Assembly: GCA_028534125.1 (NCBI GenBank)
Contig: CM052817.1
Span: forward strand, 91,762,001 to 91,826,000
Direction: 5' to 3'
Source: Lama glama
Lineage: Eukaryota
DNA: 64,000 nucleotides
The notes beneath the pieces are model-generated. The model saw only the letters and a list, made by a program, of their open reading frames with translations, did not search any database and was not told the origin of the DNA. The position numbers and the translations under genes are program-made. Shown piece after piece: positions 10,086-21,217 of this stretch; position 1 is the first letter of the stretch, and each line of letters begins with the position of its first letter.

Positions 10086-12534
10086 TCCACTGACCAGAAC
10101 ATGCATCTGGTCTAAATTGAGCAGACCACCCAAGAGGACTCTGGAGTAAAGAGAAATGGGAAGGGGGTGGGGAAGAGAGAAGTGGGCATAGAATGAAAAG
10201 GTAGGAACTCTATTGAGATCAAAGGATGAAGCTGAAAGAGCACAAAAATATACATCATTTTTTATATGTTGCCTGATACCCAAAATTAGGATGCCTTTGT
10301 GGTATCAACTTCGACATTTAAAGAAAGGGCATAAGATTAGACCGTTCAACCGTAAGTGGAAGGAAGAAATAAAATAAAATCAAACCCTAGACTTCTCTTT
10401 GAAGTTGATCAAGTGTCAGGGCAGAAACTTGGTTTCAGGAGGGTGGCTTCTTTTACAGACTTTCTTTGTCCTTGTCCAGAACAGTTTTTCACTGTGGGCT
10501 TTAAGAGCTGCTTACAATAAATTCATAGTAGAGCCCCAACAGGGCCTACCCCAAAGAAACCCGCCTGTTTTGGCAGATTATTGAAGAAGCTTGGATAAAT
10601 GTGGATATGATGTGTGGTGGTTGGGTCCCCAAGATGGCTGAGTTTTGAGGCAGTTGACCAATTTAGGAAGCTTATCACTGAAAGGGCCAGTAACTCGGGC
10701 CCAATGCTAAGCCTGCTAAATGGGTTCAGCAAAGTTCTTTGCTCAGCCTCTGAGGAGTGGTTTGCATTGGGGGAACCGACAAGCTTGGGTAGAAACTCGG
10801 CTCCATCAGGGGCCCAGTGACTGGCACACCCTGACCACACAACACATAGCTTGTTGTTATTACTATTACTGCTATGAGCTCTTGATCATGCAGCTCTAGA
10901 AAAGTGAGGTTGAGAGAGATGCTGTGTCTCTGGTTCTAGCTTAGCTCCTAGGATAATGAGGACTAACACTCTAAACTTGGTTTTCTTTCTAGGTTATCAG
11001 TGAGCAGGACGGCATTCCTACCCAATACAAAACATGTATTTAATGAATACATGTTTTGCTGATTTCCCCCCCGATCACTGGGAAAAGTTTAAAATATTGT
11101 CTAAAAGTATTTTTAAAAAAAGGGCAATATTCATTTTTAACAATCACAGGCAACCATGTTAATATTTTGATGCGTTTTTCTGTTTCTCCTCAGCTCCCTG
11201 CCCCATGCAATAATATATTTTCCTTGCTCATGATCATAGTATATACATGATTGTACCACTATTTCTTACTAAGTAACATAGGAGAGGTAGAAAGTTCTAA
11301 CTTTCCAAATGCTTATTATAAGCAGTAATTTTCTGGTAGGATATGATCCTTAAGGCAATATGCCTGTGAGGTCTTTTGTTTTCTTATGAGTCTTCCAGCA
11401 TCGGCACAGAGCTAGGTCAACAGCTGCAAAGGAATAAATCTTTGCTGAACTGAACCGACCGTGCTGAACTGTAGCCTAGACTGACATCACGTATGATTGG
11501 AGAGGAGGATAAAAAGTTACCCTGTAATGGACTGTTTCCCGGGGCTCCTGGAGCTTCAGCTGAAGATGAAAGAAGGGGTTAAAGTTGGTAGGCCAGAGCG
11601 AGATGGGAGAGTGCTGTCAGCCACAGGAAGGTCAGGCTTTCAAGGACTTACTTGGGGGTAAAAACAACAAAAATACCCTTTGTCCTTATCAGTGCTTTGA
11701 ACATAGTTACCATAGGTCCCTCCAGTGGAAACACAACATGGAGAGTTAGGCTTCTCCGCTGCCTTTGATGTAAATTATAGAGTCCTTTTGATTCCTTTGT
11801 TGTGATTAATTCCACTACCACAGCTACTCTAAACTGGTTAAAAGTTCATTAGTGTGCAACAATAGGAGCCTGATTAAATAAATTATGGTACATCTATACC
11901 TTGAATACTAGGCAGCCAATAAAAATCATGCCTTCCTAGGCTATCTAATCACATAAAAAACTTACAATGTATAGTTAAGAGGGGAAGAAAAAACAGCCAC
12001 AGAATACACATGTTAGACGAGAATTATAAATGATTTATATTTCATGCTCTTTCAGTTTGTTACGAACATAATACTATTTTAAGTCTCATGCTCTAAAAAA
12101 TAGTCTTTAAACTGACAAAAAAAAAAAGAAAAGAAAAGAAAAAAGAAAAAAGGCGTATCTGCCTGTTTTCAGGGAGTCCCCAATTCTGATGCGGGGTGAG
12201 GACCCCCTAGTTCCTGGGCAGCTCACAGCATCGTTGTAGAGAAAGTGGCACAGCCACATCCCTGGACCTTCTACAAGGAGTAGAGCAAGGGAACCCAGCG
12301 GTGGCAGTAGCTGACTGTGCCTGGGAAGGGGTCTGAAGGCTTCCCAGAGGAAGTGATGTCTCAGAACAGCTCTGTTAGCCAAGAGGGGAGTGGCTTCCAG
12401 AGCAGAAGGACAAGGTGATCAAAGACTTGACTGCATCATACCCTGAAATTCCATTTCTAAGGATTCATCTCCTGGAAATAGTCATAGCTTGTGTAAAGAT
12501 TTATCCTAAATAGCTTAAATGATTTCAAGTAGTG

Positions 12535-12592
12535 AAAAAGGAAAGAAGGAAAGAAAGGAAGAAAGGAAGGAAGGAAGGAAGAAAGAAAGAAA
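12535..12592 (+). repeat. Polypurine (GGAA/GAAA)n tract
   Basis: Continuous A/G run, aaaaaggaaagaaggaaagaaaggaagaaaggaaggaaggaaggaagaaagaaagaaa. Confidence 0.9.
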
Positions 12593-14480
12593 CTTAAATG
12601 GCCAACATTTAGAGAATTTATTAAACTATAATATACCCACCCTGCCTTCCCCTGACGTCCAGCCAAAAACCCACAAAACCTCATTAAGAATATTTAGGCT
12701 AAAGAGACAAGGAATGGAATGTAGGAAGCTTGAGAGTGGCTCCTGCTGTGTCTGGGACCTGGGCTATTTCCACCTCGCGCTCAGGAGTGTGCAGTAGACA
12801 TCCTTAACCAGCAGTCCTCCCGGCAAGACGCAGACATGGCACGAATGTGAACAAACTAGCTTTGGCCGCGGGTTCAACAACTCAGCCAGAGCACCCACGT
12901 CCCAGAGAAGGCTCCAAAGGACACCGACCGTCTTCCAAGAATTCTCTGATCCACCTGGACAAGTTTCTCTTTGGGGCACCAACCTGCTCTCTGGGGTTCT
13001 TCTCCTTTCTAGGCTTTAAACCACAGAGCATGGCCAGTACCAGCCTAACCTTAAGAGTTTAAGAACTCGAGAGATGAGTGAAAACCATCACTGGACCCCA
13101 GAGTCTGTCTCCTCTACGGGGCTGTAAGAAAACCTAGCCCTACAGTGGTGGACACCGCATCTGCCCGCATCTAAGTGGCTGCTGTCTGGACACATGGACT
13201 GCAAATGGTTTGTCAGCTGCACCAGGAATTAGGGTTTTTACCCAGATAGCAGATACGTCTGCTATCTTTGTTTCCTTGATTTAAAAATTGAGAGGGGGAA
13301 GGAAACGGTCTTCCACTGACCTGCTGGGAAGAGTTTTCCTCCCGGAGCTACTGTTCCCCGACACCGTCCATTTTTCTTTCATTGCCTCCCCTCCTTCTGA
13401 TGAAGTCATCATGGCAAAGATTGCATAACTGCTGCAGAGGCCTATCTTGTGTTATACTGGGAGTCAGGCCAATGTTTCCATTTATAGACAAGAGCCCCAT
13501 CACGCTGCCAAATGGAGCTCTCTGCTGCAACCACTACAAGACAGGAAGAAGGGAAGGGAAGGGAAGGGAAGCTCGGGGCTCAAGGGCATGCTGTGCAGAG
13601 AAGCCTGGGCGTCCTCCATCCCCTCCATCCTCTCCGCAACCTGGGGAGGATGGCTCAGGGATGTTGGCTCTGACCATCTGGGAAGAGCCACTTCTACAAA
13701 GCCGTCCCCTGGTCTCCCTCCTGCTCTGGAAGATGCTGCCAGTGGGAGGGTCTGTGTCAGCTTGCTCTGCTGATTTTCTCACGGCTGAACCTGTCTGCGG
13801 GCAAACCAGGTGTGACCACAGGGAGACTCGAGGGGAGGGCAGCCCTCACCGCACTCCTGAGAGCAGAGGCAGGCCAGTCGTCGTGGTGGGCTTGCAGGAG
13901 GCCAGGACTCGGGGGGAGGTGTGAGAGGGGAGGAAAAAGGAGTTGCATTTAGAAATCCAGGGTTAGTACTTTATAGACTTAGGAGATTTGGGCTGAGAAC
14001 CAGGTTCTTAGAGGAAGCAGGTCTGGGAGAGGGGCTCACAGAGGGTCAGAAAGGGGGACCTTTCTGAAAGACCATCGGACCCTGGGCCTTACAGCCACAA
14101 AGATTCCTCAAGTTTAGATCTTTTGATATATTCTTCACACAAGGTTTTACGTGGGGTCACTGAGAAACCCTGATAGGAGTGAAAGATGCCTCCTATTTTA
14201 CAGCTAAAGCATGCCCTGTAACTCCAGCCCACTGCTCCAAGTCCATGATGAATAATATCTTCATAAGTCCCATATTTATCTTGTGAATGGTATGATTACA
14301 CTACACTGTATTTTTAAAAATAAACATTACTTTCTTTTGGAAAAAAAATGCATTGGTCTTTCTTCATTTTGTAAATATACCAGGTGACTCCAAGAAATAG
14401 AAATCTCCCAGGTCTTTGGTTAACCTTGAGACGAGTTGGGTCAAACTGGGCGAAAAGTGCTTTTAGAAGTATGGGCCTCA

Positions 14481-14650
14481 CACTGTATAGCACAGGGAAA
14501 TATACACAAAGTGTTATGATAAATCACAGAGAAAAAAATGTGACAATGAGTGTGTATATGTCCATGAATGACTGAAATATTGTGCTGAACACTGGAATTT
14601 GACACAACATTGTAAAATGATTATAAATCAATAAAAAATGTTAAAAAAAA
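14481..14650 (+). mobile_element. Young 5'-truncated L1 3' end with perfect 16-bp TSD
   Basis: ctgtatagcacagggaaatata...gacacaacattgtaaaatgattataaatcAATAAA plus an A tail. AGAAGTATGGGCCTCA is identical at 14465-14480 and 14651-14666. Confidence 0.9.
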
Positions 14651-14723
14651 AGAAGTATGGGCCTCAAAGGGAGTTTCCCTGCTTGCAATTATGTGGCAGT
14701 GAACACAGCACCTGAGTCTTCAT

Positions 14724-14726
<3 letters not shown>

Positions 14727-14760
<34 letters not shown>
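14727..14760 (+). repeat. (AC)17 microsatellite
   Basis: Perfect dinucleotide run. Confidence 0.95.
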
Positions 14761-14764
<4 letters not shown>

Positions 14765-16211
14765 GGAGTAACCTGGATAAAGGAATCTGGAAGCAATTAG
14801 AAATTATCCTCTCCAAGATCTTAAACTTTCCACTCATTTCACCAGAACTTCTCTGAAGTAGTGGGACTCACCAGGGCTTGGCATACAGCAAGTGCTCATA
14901 AATGTTTTCTCTCATTATCATCAATTTTCACAAAAACTAGGAATTAGAAACTCTAGGCAGGGCCTATATATTCAGCTTATATTTTTTTCTTTCCTAATGG
15001 TCAGGCCAGCTCCTCAGCTGCACCAAGGAAAATATCCCTGTTCACAAATGACCACCTTTTGCTCAGGATAAACATTAAGTTGATAACTAAATATGGAAGC
15101 AGACCCTAGAATGTAGGTGAAGTTTTTGTGACACTTTCATTTTACCGGGGAAGAAACCCATTTGTGTCGACAGCAGCAACAGAGGTCTTCTAAGATGGGG
15201 GTTACGTGCCAGGTATCTTTTGCCGTGTATGCCTTCTAAAAGCCCAAGCATTTTTGCTTAAACATCTGGGATGTCTCACCAGTTTCCTGCTCCCTTCTCC
15301 AGGAGCGAAAGCCTGGTCTGAACTGACCCCCTTCTCATAATGTCAACTCAAATGCCCACCCTCTCTCCATGTTTCCTGAAAGTTTCTTGTGCCAATTCTT
15401 CCTCTAGCTCAGCCAACCTAACACCCCTTCCCAGATCCAGCTCAGCTCCTTCACAGCATACGTGTGACTCGTGCGCACACTTCACCTAAACCGCACGCCT
15501 CCTGTAAGAGCTCCCATACCCGCGCCTCCTCTCCACGCTGACTGCTCATGGGAGGTCAAAATCAGAACAGGAGGGTCGCGCTGATTAATGCTGGAGTTGG
15601 CTGGAGAGATCTAACCTGCTGCTCAGGGCATTTATCAACCTGGGAGCACTTCCCCAGCACCAAGGAGTGCATTTCTGGACTTCCTTACCTTTTGACCATT
15701 TCTCTCACATATGTGCTTGGTTTCTTTTACATCCGTCCAGCTAATTACTTTACTTCCTCCTCTTTAGCCTCCACCTTATCTTAATAGAGAATTTCTCCAC
15801 CGGCAATGATGAAGTCTTTCCCAAGTTGACCAAAGCTTATCTGGAAGCTGAGATTAAATATAAATGGCTGGAAACCTGTTGAGAATGGGGAAGGTCGGGG
15901 TAGGGGGGATGAACGCCCAAATTCAACTTTAAGTCTGTCTCCGGTTCCTGTCACGTGACACACAGGAAAAGCCAGCTTTTATTTACTTTAGGTTCTCAGG
16001 GCTTAATTTTAACCAAAGATTACTTTCCATGTAAGGCCCAGTGAACACTACCTCTTAATTCATATTTAGAAGCTTGTTAAAAAAAAAGGCTGACAAGGCC
16101 AATTTTTCATTTCTTTTTGGATGTAGTTGTAGAGAATTTCCAAGCAAAGAAGCAGCCACTGAGTCCCTATTAGTCAGTAAACGTAAGCCCTCAGGAATGG
16201 ACATTCATGTA

Positions 16212-16549
16212 CAGTTACCCCTGGGTATCCTTGAGGGGGATTGGTACCAGGACCCCCTGCAGATACCAAAATCCACGGATGCTCAAGTCTTTGTATGAAA
16301 TGGTGTAGTTGCATATAACCTATCCACATCCTCCCTGTATTTAAAACATCTTTAGATTACTTGTTACCTAATGCAATGTAAATGCTACATGTAGCTGTAA
16401 ATAAATGTAAGCACAATGTAAAAAGTTGCCAGGCACAGCAAATTCAGGTTTTGCTTTTTGGAACTTTCTGGATTTTTTTCCCCGAATATTTCTGATCTGT
16501 GGTTGGTTGAATCTGTGGATTTGAACCAGTGGATTCTGAGGGCTGACTA
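16212..16549 (+). mobile_element. MER2/MER2B-like TcMar-Tigger MITE
   Basis: TA|cagttacccctgggtatcc...gggggattggtaccaggaccccc...gataccaaaatccacggatgctcaagtc at the start and ggattctgagggctgact at the end match the MER2 body and TIRs. Confidence 0.85.
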
Positions 16550-17689
16550 CACAGGATGCTGAGAGATATGTCACAACATGGAGGGGCCAAACCCCTGGGT
16601 GCCACAGGGCCCAGTCACCGTGGACATATGTGGGGCTGTAGCCGGGTCCTGCTCGTTCTCAACATGTCCAGAGGTTTGCTGGGAACAGAGCCCAAATATC
16701 CTGCAGTCGGATGCACACACACCCTGGGTAGGAACCTAGAGAGGTCTGGAATACTCTGATTCACTTTCTGCTGAGGGACTCAGATGAAAAGGGGTGACTA
16801 GCTCAGTAAGATAGATTGCCAAGGCTGCTAACCTAACGTAAGTTCAAGATCCAGTTCAAGAACATGAAGAACATGGAGCCTTATGCCTGTCACTGGAAGT
16901 TGGACAGTACGACACAATCCTGAATGGCATTTTTTCCAGTTCAATTTCCATATCCCAGAGTTGATTTCTCCTAGAGAATCCCTGATCACTGGTAAAACCA
17001 ACAAACCATCAAACAAAACAAAAAAGCAAACAGCTGATTTTCTTAATCAAATACCCCAAATCCATGGGTATGTGTTGTGTTTACAACTTTGATTTGTGGT
17101 GCAGTAAGGTACTACCGCTCAATGGCCAAAATGCATCGACCACCCAGAAAACAAGTACACACTACAAACCCTCCCTCTGCAGTTGGAGCACTAGAACATC
17201 ATGTGTGGAATGTATAAGTTGCCATGAAAGTTTTCTTCCAACTCAGATATAACATCACACTTCTAAAAAAGCTTTGATTGCTCAGGGAGTCCCCAAGGGC
17301 CGCCAGCACCCCAGCACAGTGGCAAGGGCTGTGGGTGGAGTCTAAGAGAAGGGCAGTCATGGCCTTGGTCCCATAGGGATACTACCATCCCAGCGGAGAC
17401 ACCAAGTTCCCCTTCACTGAAAAGCTCAAGGCTGATCTCAGCCTGTCAAGGGTGAGACGCGGCACATGCTCTGGTTCCACAGAATTTCCATAAAATCCGC
17501 CCGGTCAGACCTGGGATGGAGAGTTACACTGCAGAAAGGGGGTGGGATAGGGCACACAGGACACACAGGATTCTAGGGAGTGTCTGAGTTGAGGTGAGTC
17601 CCTGAACATCTCTGAGCTTCATATTCTCCTTTATAAAGTGAGAACACCCACCCAGGTGATCTTTAAGGGTCCTACCTGGCCCTAAAATT

Positions 17690-18100
17690 CTCTGGGAAGA
17701 ACTTCACGAATAAGGTGGGACTTGAGTGGAAGCCTGGATGTTAATGTAGATTTGGATTTGAAGGAGCAGAGGAGGAGAAGGGAAAGGCAGCCACTTGAAA
17801 GGAGGGAGCTAGCCACACATGAGACCCCAAGGTATGTGCTAGGGTGTGTGGGAGGAAGGCCATGCAGGGCAGGGCGGGTCTGAACCGACGGGTCCAAGTG
17901 AGGCACAGACATGGGACCTAACCAGCAACCAGGGAGCCACAGTAGGCTCTTAGAGGGACTAAAATAATAAAAGAATTACTTTAATAAGATTAGGCTGCTA
18001 TCAGGTAAAGCAGAGATTAGGACAGGGTTGTATCAGAAGGAGAGAAGTGGGGAGGCAGGGTTGCGAGAAACCCACCCAGGACCTGAAAGGAAGGTGGCTG
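17690..18100 (-). mobile_element. L2 fragment
   Basis: Purine-rich antisense L2-like motifs (gggaagacttcac...ggtgggacttgag, agggagccac). Highly diverged. Confidence 0.5.
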
Positions 18101-19199
18101 AGACTCAGTTACTGACCATGGGAACTGAAGAGTCAACTTTAACTGCAAGGGTATATTTTCCGGCAAGAATAAGGATTCACTCGCCCTTTTGAGGATGCAG
18201 GTGTCTGGGGTCACTCCCTGGTCCACTGCCCCCACCTCCTCCCTCTCACTCCCAGATCCTGGTTCTCATTCTGCCCTCACGGGGCTACCAGAAATCTGGC
18301 AGAGACAGTGATCCCTACCAAAAAATTGGGTTTAAGTAATTGCAGTTTTCCTTGTCTTCTCTACTTTTTTAAAAACTGAATTTATTTACATCTGAATTTA
18401 GTATAAGGAATTTTACACATACCACTGGAAGAGGATGGTAGGTGTATACCCTGAATATTTTCAAATCTCTGACACTGTATCCTGGGGATGAAGATGCCAA
18501 ACAATAACAGGAAATATACCCAAAACCACTTTGAGAAGAAGAAACCTTTCCATTTTTGTGCTTCCTTACCTGCTTCCCCCAATTTCCTACTTCCTGCTAA
18601 GTGTTTCATTTAACTCTTTTCAAGAAGGCCTAATGAAATGATGAAAGTTAGATGGTGACCCAATTTTTGGGTTTCAATGACAAGGAGAATTCATAACAAA
18701 TATGATAACTAAGTATTTCCACTAAGGCTATTAGTGAGTTAATGGTCTCTAATGGATTTTTTAAAAAGTCAGAAAAATCACTCTTTGGTTTTAATGCTAA
18801 ATTCTTGCTTGCAACAGTAGTGGTGTGATATATTTTCATAAAATAGTTAATTTTGCATTTATTCCACCCATCTTTTAAGTCTCCACTAGAGATGGGAGTG
18901 AAAATAATTTCTAACCAAATCATTAACCCCTAAAAAAACCAGTCAGGCCACTTCCCATGCATGACTGAAGAATACGCTGGTGGTTCCAGGTAAAAACATG
19001 CTTCATTATCAGCAACTTGGAAACCAGGTGTCCTCTCTGAACAAATGAAAAATCTCCTCTCTGAAAATCCTCCTACTTCTTATTGAGACAGCGCTGAGGA
19101 GGAGCAGGCACTCGGTCCACAGCCTCTGAAACCTCCACAGGGCTCTGGAAGACGGATTGCTTCACCTATTTGTTCTGTCTTCTAGTGTGAGGGAGGGGC

Positions 19200-19700
19200 C
19201 GCACGTCTCCCCATCTGTCTCCCTCGCTCGCTGGCTCGCTGGCCGGGGCCCCTCGTTGCCATGGTCCTTCCCACAGTGTCTGAAGGAACAAGATTCCTCT
19301 GACGTCTGACACTGGACCTCTGCAGGCAGCCAATTTGTTTTCCTTTCGCCCGCCCCTCCCCCATCCCTTTCTAGTACAGGGGATTCTTCCTGCGCACCCA
19401 CCAAAAGTCATGTGTCAAACTATGATTATGTTTTCTTTTATTTAGCAAGTGGAAGAGGGACAGATTGCTTTTTTCCTCTGACCACGTAAAGGTAATCAAA
19501 GGCCCAGGGAAAGCAGGGTGGGAGGGGGTTGCCGGCGGCTGCTGTCCTGGGCGGGGCCCGCTCTTCCCCGCGGCTCCTGTGAAGGAATCCTAGGCGGCCG
19601 CTTCCCAGTTTTGCTCGGCGGCCAGAGGCCAGCCACCACAGCTCCTCATTCTGTCTTCTGAACCAGCCCAGTCCGTGTCTTGCGGAGAAGCGAAGAGGGT
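19200..19700. promoter_or_regulatory. Small CpG-rich regulatory-like patch
   Basis: Local CpG enrichment with X-box-like, CRE-like, CCAAT and GC-box motifs (see findings). Confidence 0.55.
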
Positions 19701-21120
19701 GAGGGCAAAGGGAGGCCCTACCCTCAAAAAACGAGCAGGAAAATCACTTAAATACTTAAATATTGTTTCTGTAGAATGGGCTGCTTTTAAAGGAAGTTAG
19801 TAAGTGGGGGAAAAGAATTCATTGACACTCTTAAAACTTCCTACCAAATCTACACCGTCTGTACTGCTGAGCAAGGAAATACAACTTCGGAGTTTGTGGG
19901 GAGGGGTGTACAGAGCACGGGGAAACTTTTCTCCTTTTTAGATAAAGATTTTTCTTCCTTCAAATGTCTGTATCCCTTCAGTTAGAGAATGAATTTAGGG
20001 GTTGGGGAAGAATTTTAAAAAATATGGTGTGATGGTTATTCCCTGCACACAGGCTTTTATCGTGACGCCTGTGAAGAGGGGCAGACATGCACATGTAGAG
20101 CTGGTGGGCCTTTGAGGACGGGCCCATGGTAGCTGGGCCTGTGGTACCTCAGCTTCCCTCTACTCAAGTTTCTCTGGAAGAGTGCCTTCCGCCATCCCTT
20201 TAAATTGTAGGGGGCCTCACAGAAGAGGGTCCTTGGGAATTGAGGCTCAGGGCCTGTGGGCCACTTTCTAGGCTGGGGTTTCTGGTGCTGGGCACCGCAA
20301 GTCTCTCTGCCCATCACCTTCCTTTCAGGGGCTCTGGAGAAACAGGCCCACCCCTCAAAACAGAGGCACTAAAGACTTCAATACCAGGAGGATGGGCTAG
20401 AAGCTGAGAGGAACAGAAGTCAGATCCAGACTGCTGGAGAAAAGGAAATCTGGGACGGAACCAGAACCAGCCAGCACAGGGAGAGAAGAGGACAGCGTGT
20501 ATCAGCGCAGGTGACTGAAACTGAAGGAGCCAGAGAAGAATCAGGCTGAGAAAAGTCCAAAAACAGACGCCGGCTGGCAGACACCTCCATCCCTGTCCCC
20601 CAAAGCAGGATGAGGTTGGCTGGGAGAAATTCTTAACCAAAACTGTGCTTTCTGTTGCCTCTGTCTTTCGGCGGGGAAATCAAAGGCACTCTTGAGGGGA
20701 CATTTCTTATTTTTCTTTCAGTCCTCATGCAAGCAGGCCTTGGGAAGTCGAGGAGTTTCAAGGGAGTGCTTCTGAGGGTCTGGATTGTGGAAGGGCAGGG
20801 GGAAGAGCAGGAAGGTCTCAGCCTGACCAGATATTTTGTTGGCAGCCGTTTGTAACGGCTGCAAGCTCACCCTGGCTTTGTGTTGCTGGCCTCAGAAGAC
20901 AGCCTGTCTTGGGGGCCTCCCTTTGAGTGAGCGCCATTCAGAAGGCCTTGTGTCACTGGCTAGAGTGAGGGTGTGATTTGTGGCCGCTTGAGCCCTTGAA
21001 GCATCGGAGGACACCTCCTCCTCCCCATCCAGGCCCTCCAAGCTGTCCTCAAGGAACAACCCAACAGTTCTAAACAGAGCTCAGATGGAGCAAATACTTT
21101 CTTCTTCAGGAAAGATTAGA

Positions 21121-21217
21121 GGGGGAGGGCACAGCTCCACGGTAGAGCGCATGCTTAGCATGCATGACTTCCTGGGTTCAATCTCTAATACTCCCATTAA
21201 AAAAAAAAAGAAAAAAA
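21121..21217 (+). mobile_element. tRNA-Ala-derived camelid SINE (Vic-1-like), short form
   Basis: gggggagggcacagctccacggtagagcgcatgcttagcatgcatga...cctgggttcaatc followed by an A tail. TSD AGGAAAGATTAG at 21108-21119 and 21218-21229. Confidence 0.88.

Noticed and set aside
13382..13924. 180-aa ORF; similarly 34088..34606, 49245..49733 and 50079..50639
   Set aside because: No recognisable homology, several use non-ATG starts, and no supporting exon structure was seen.
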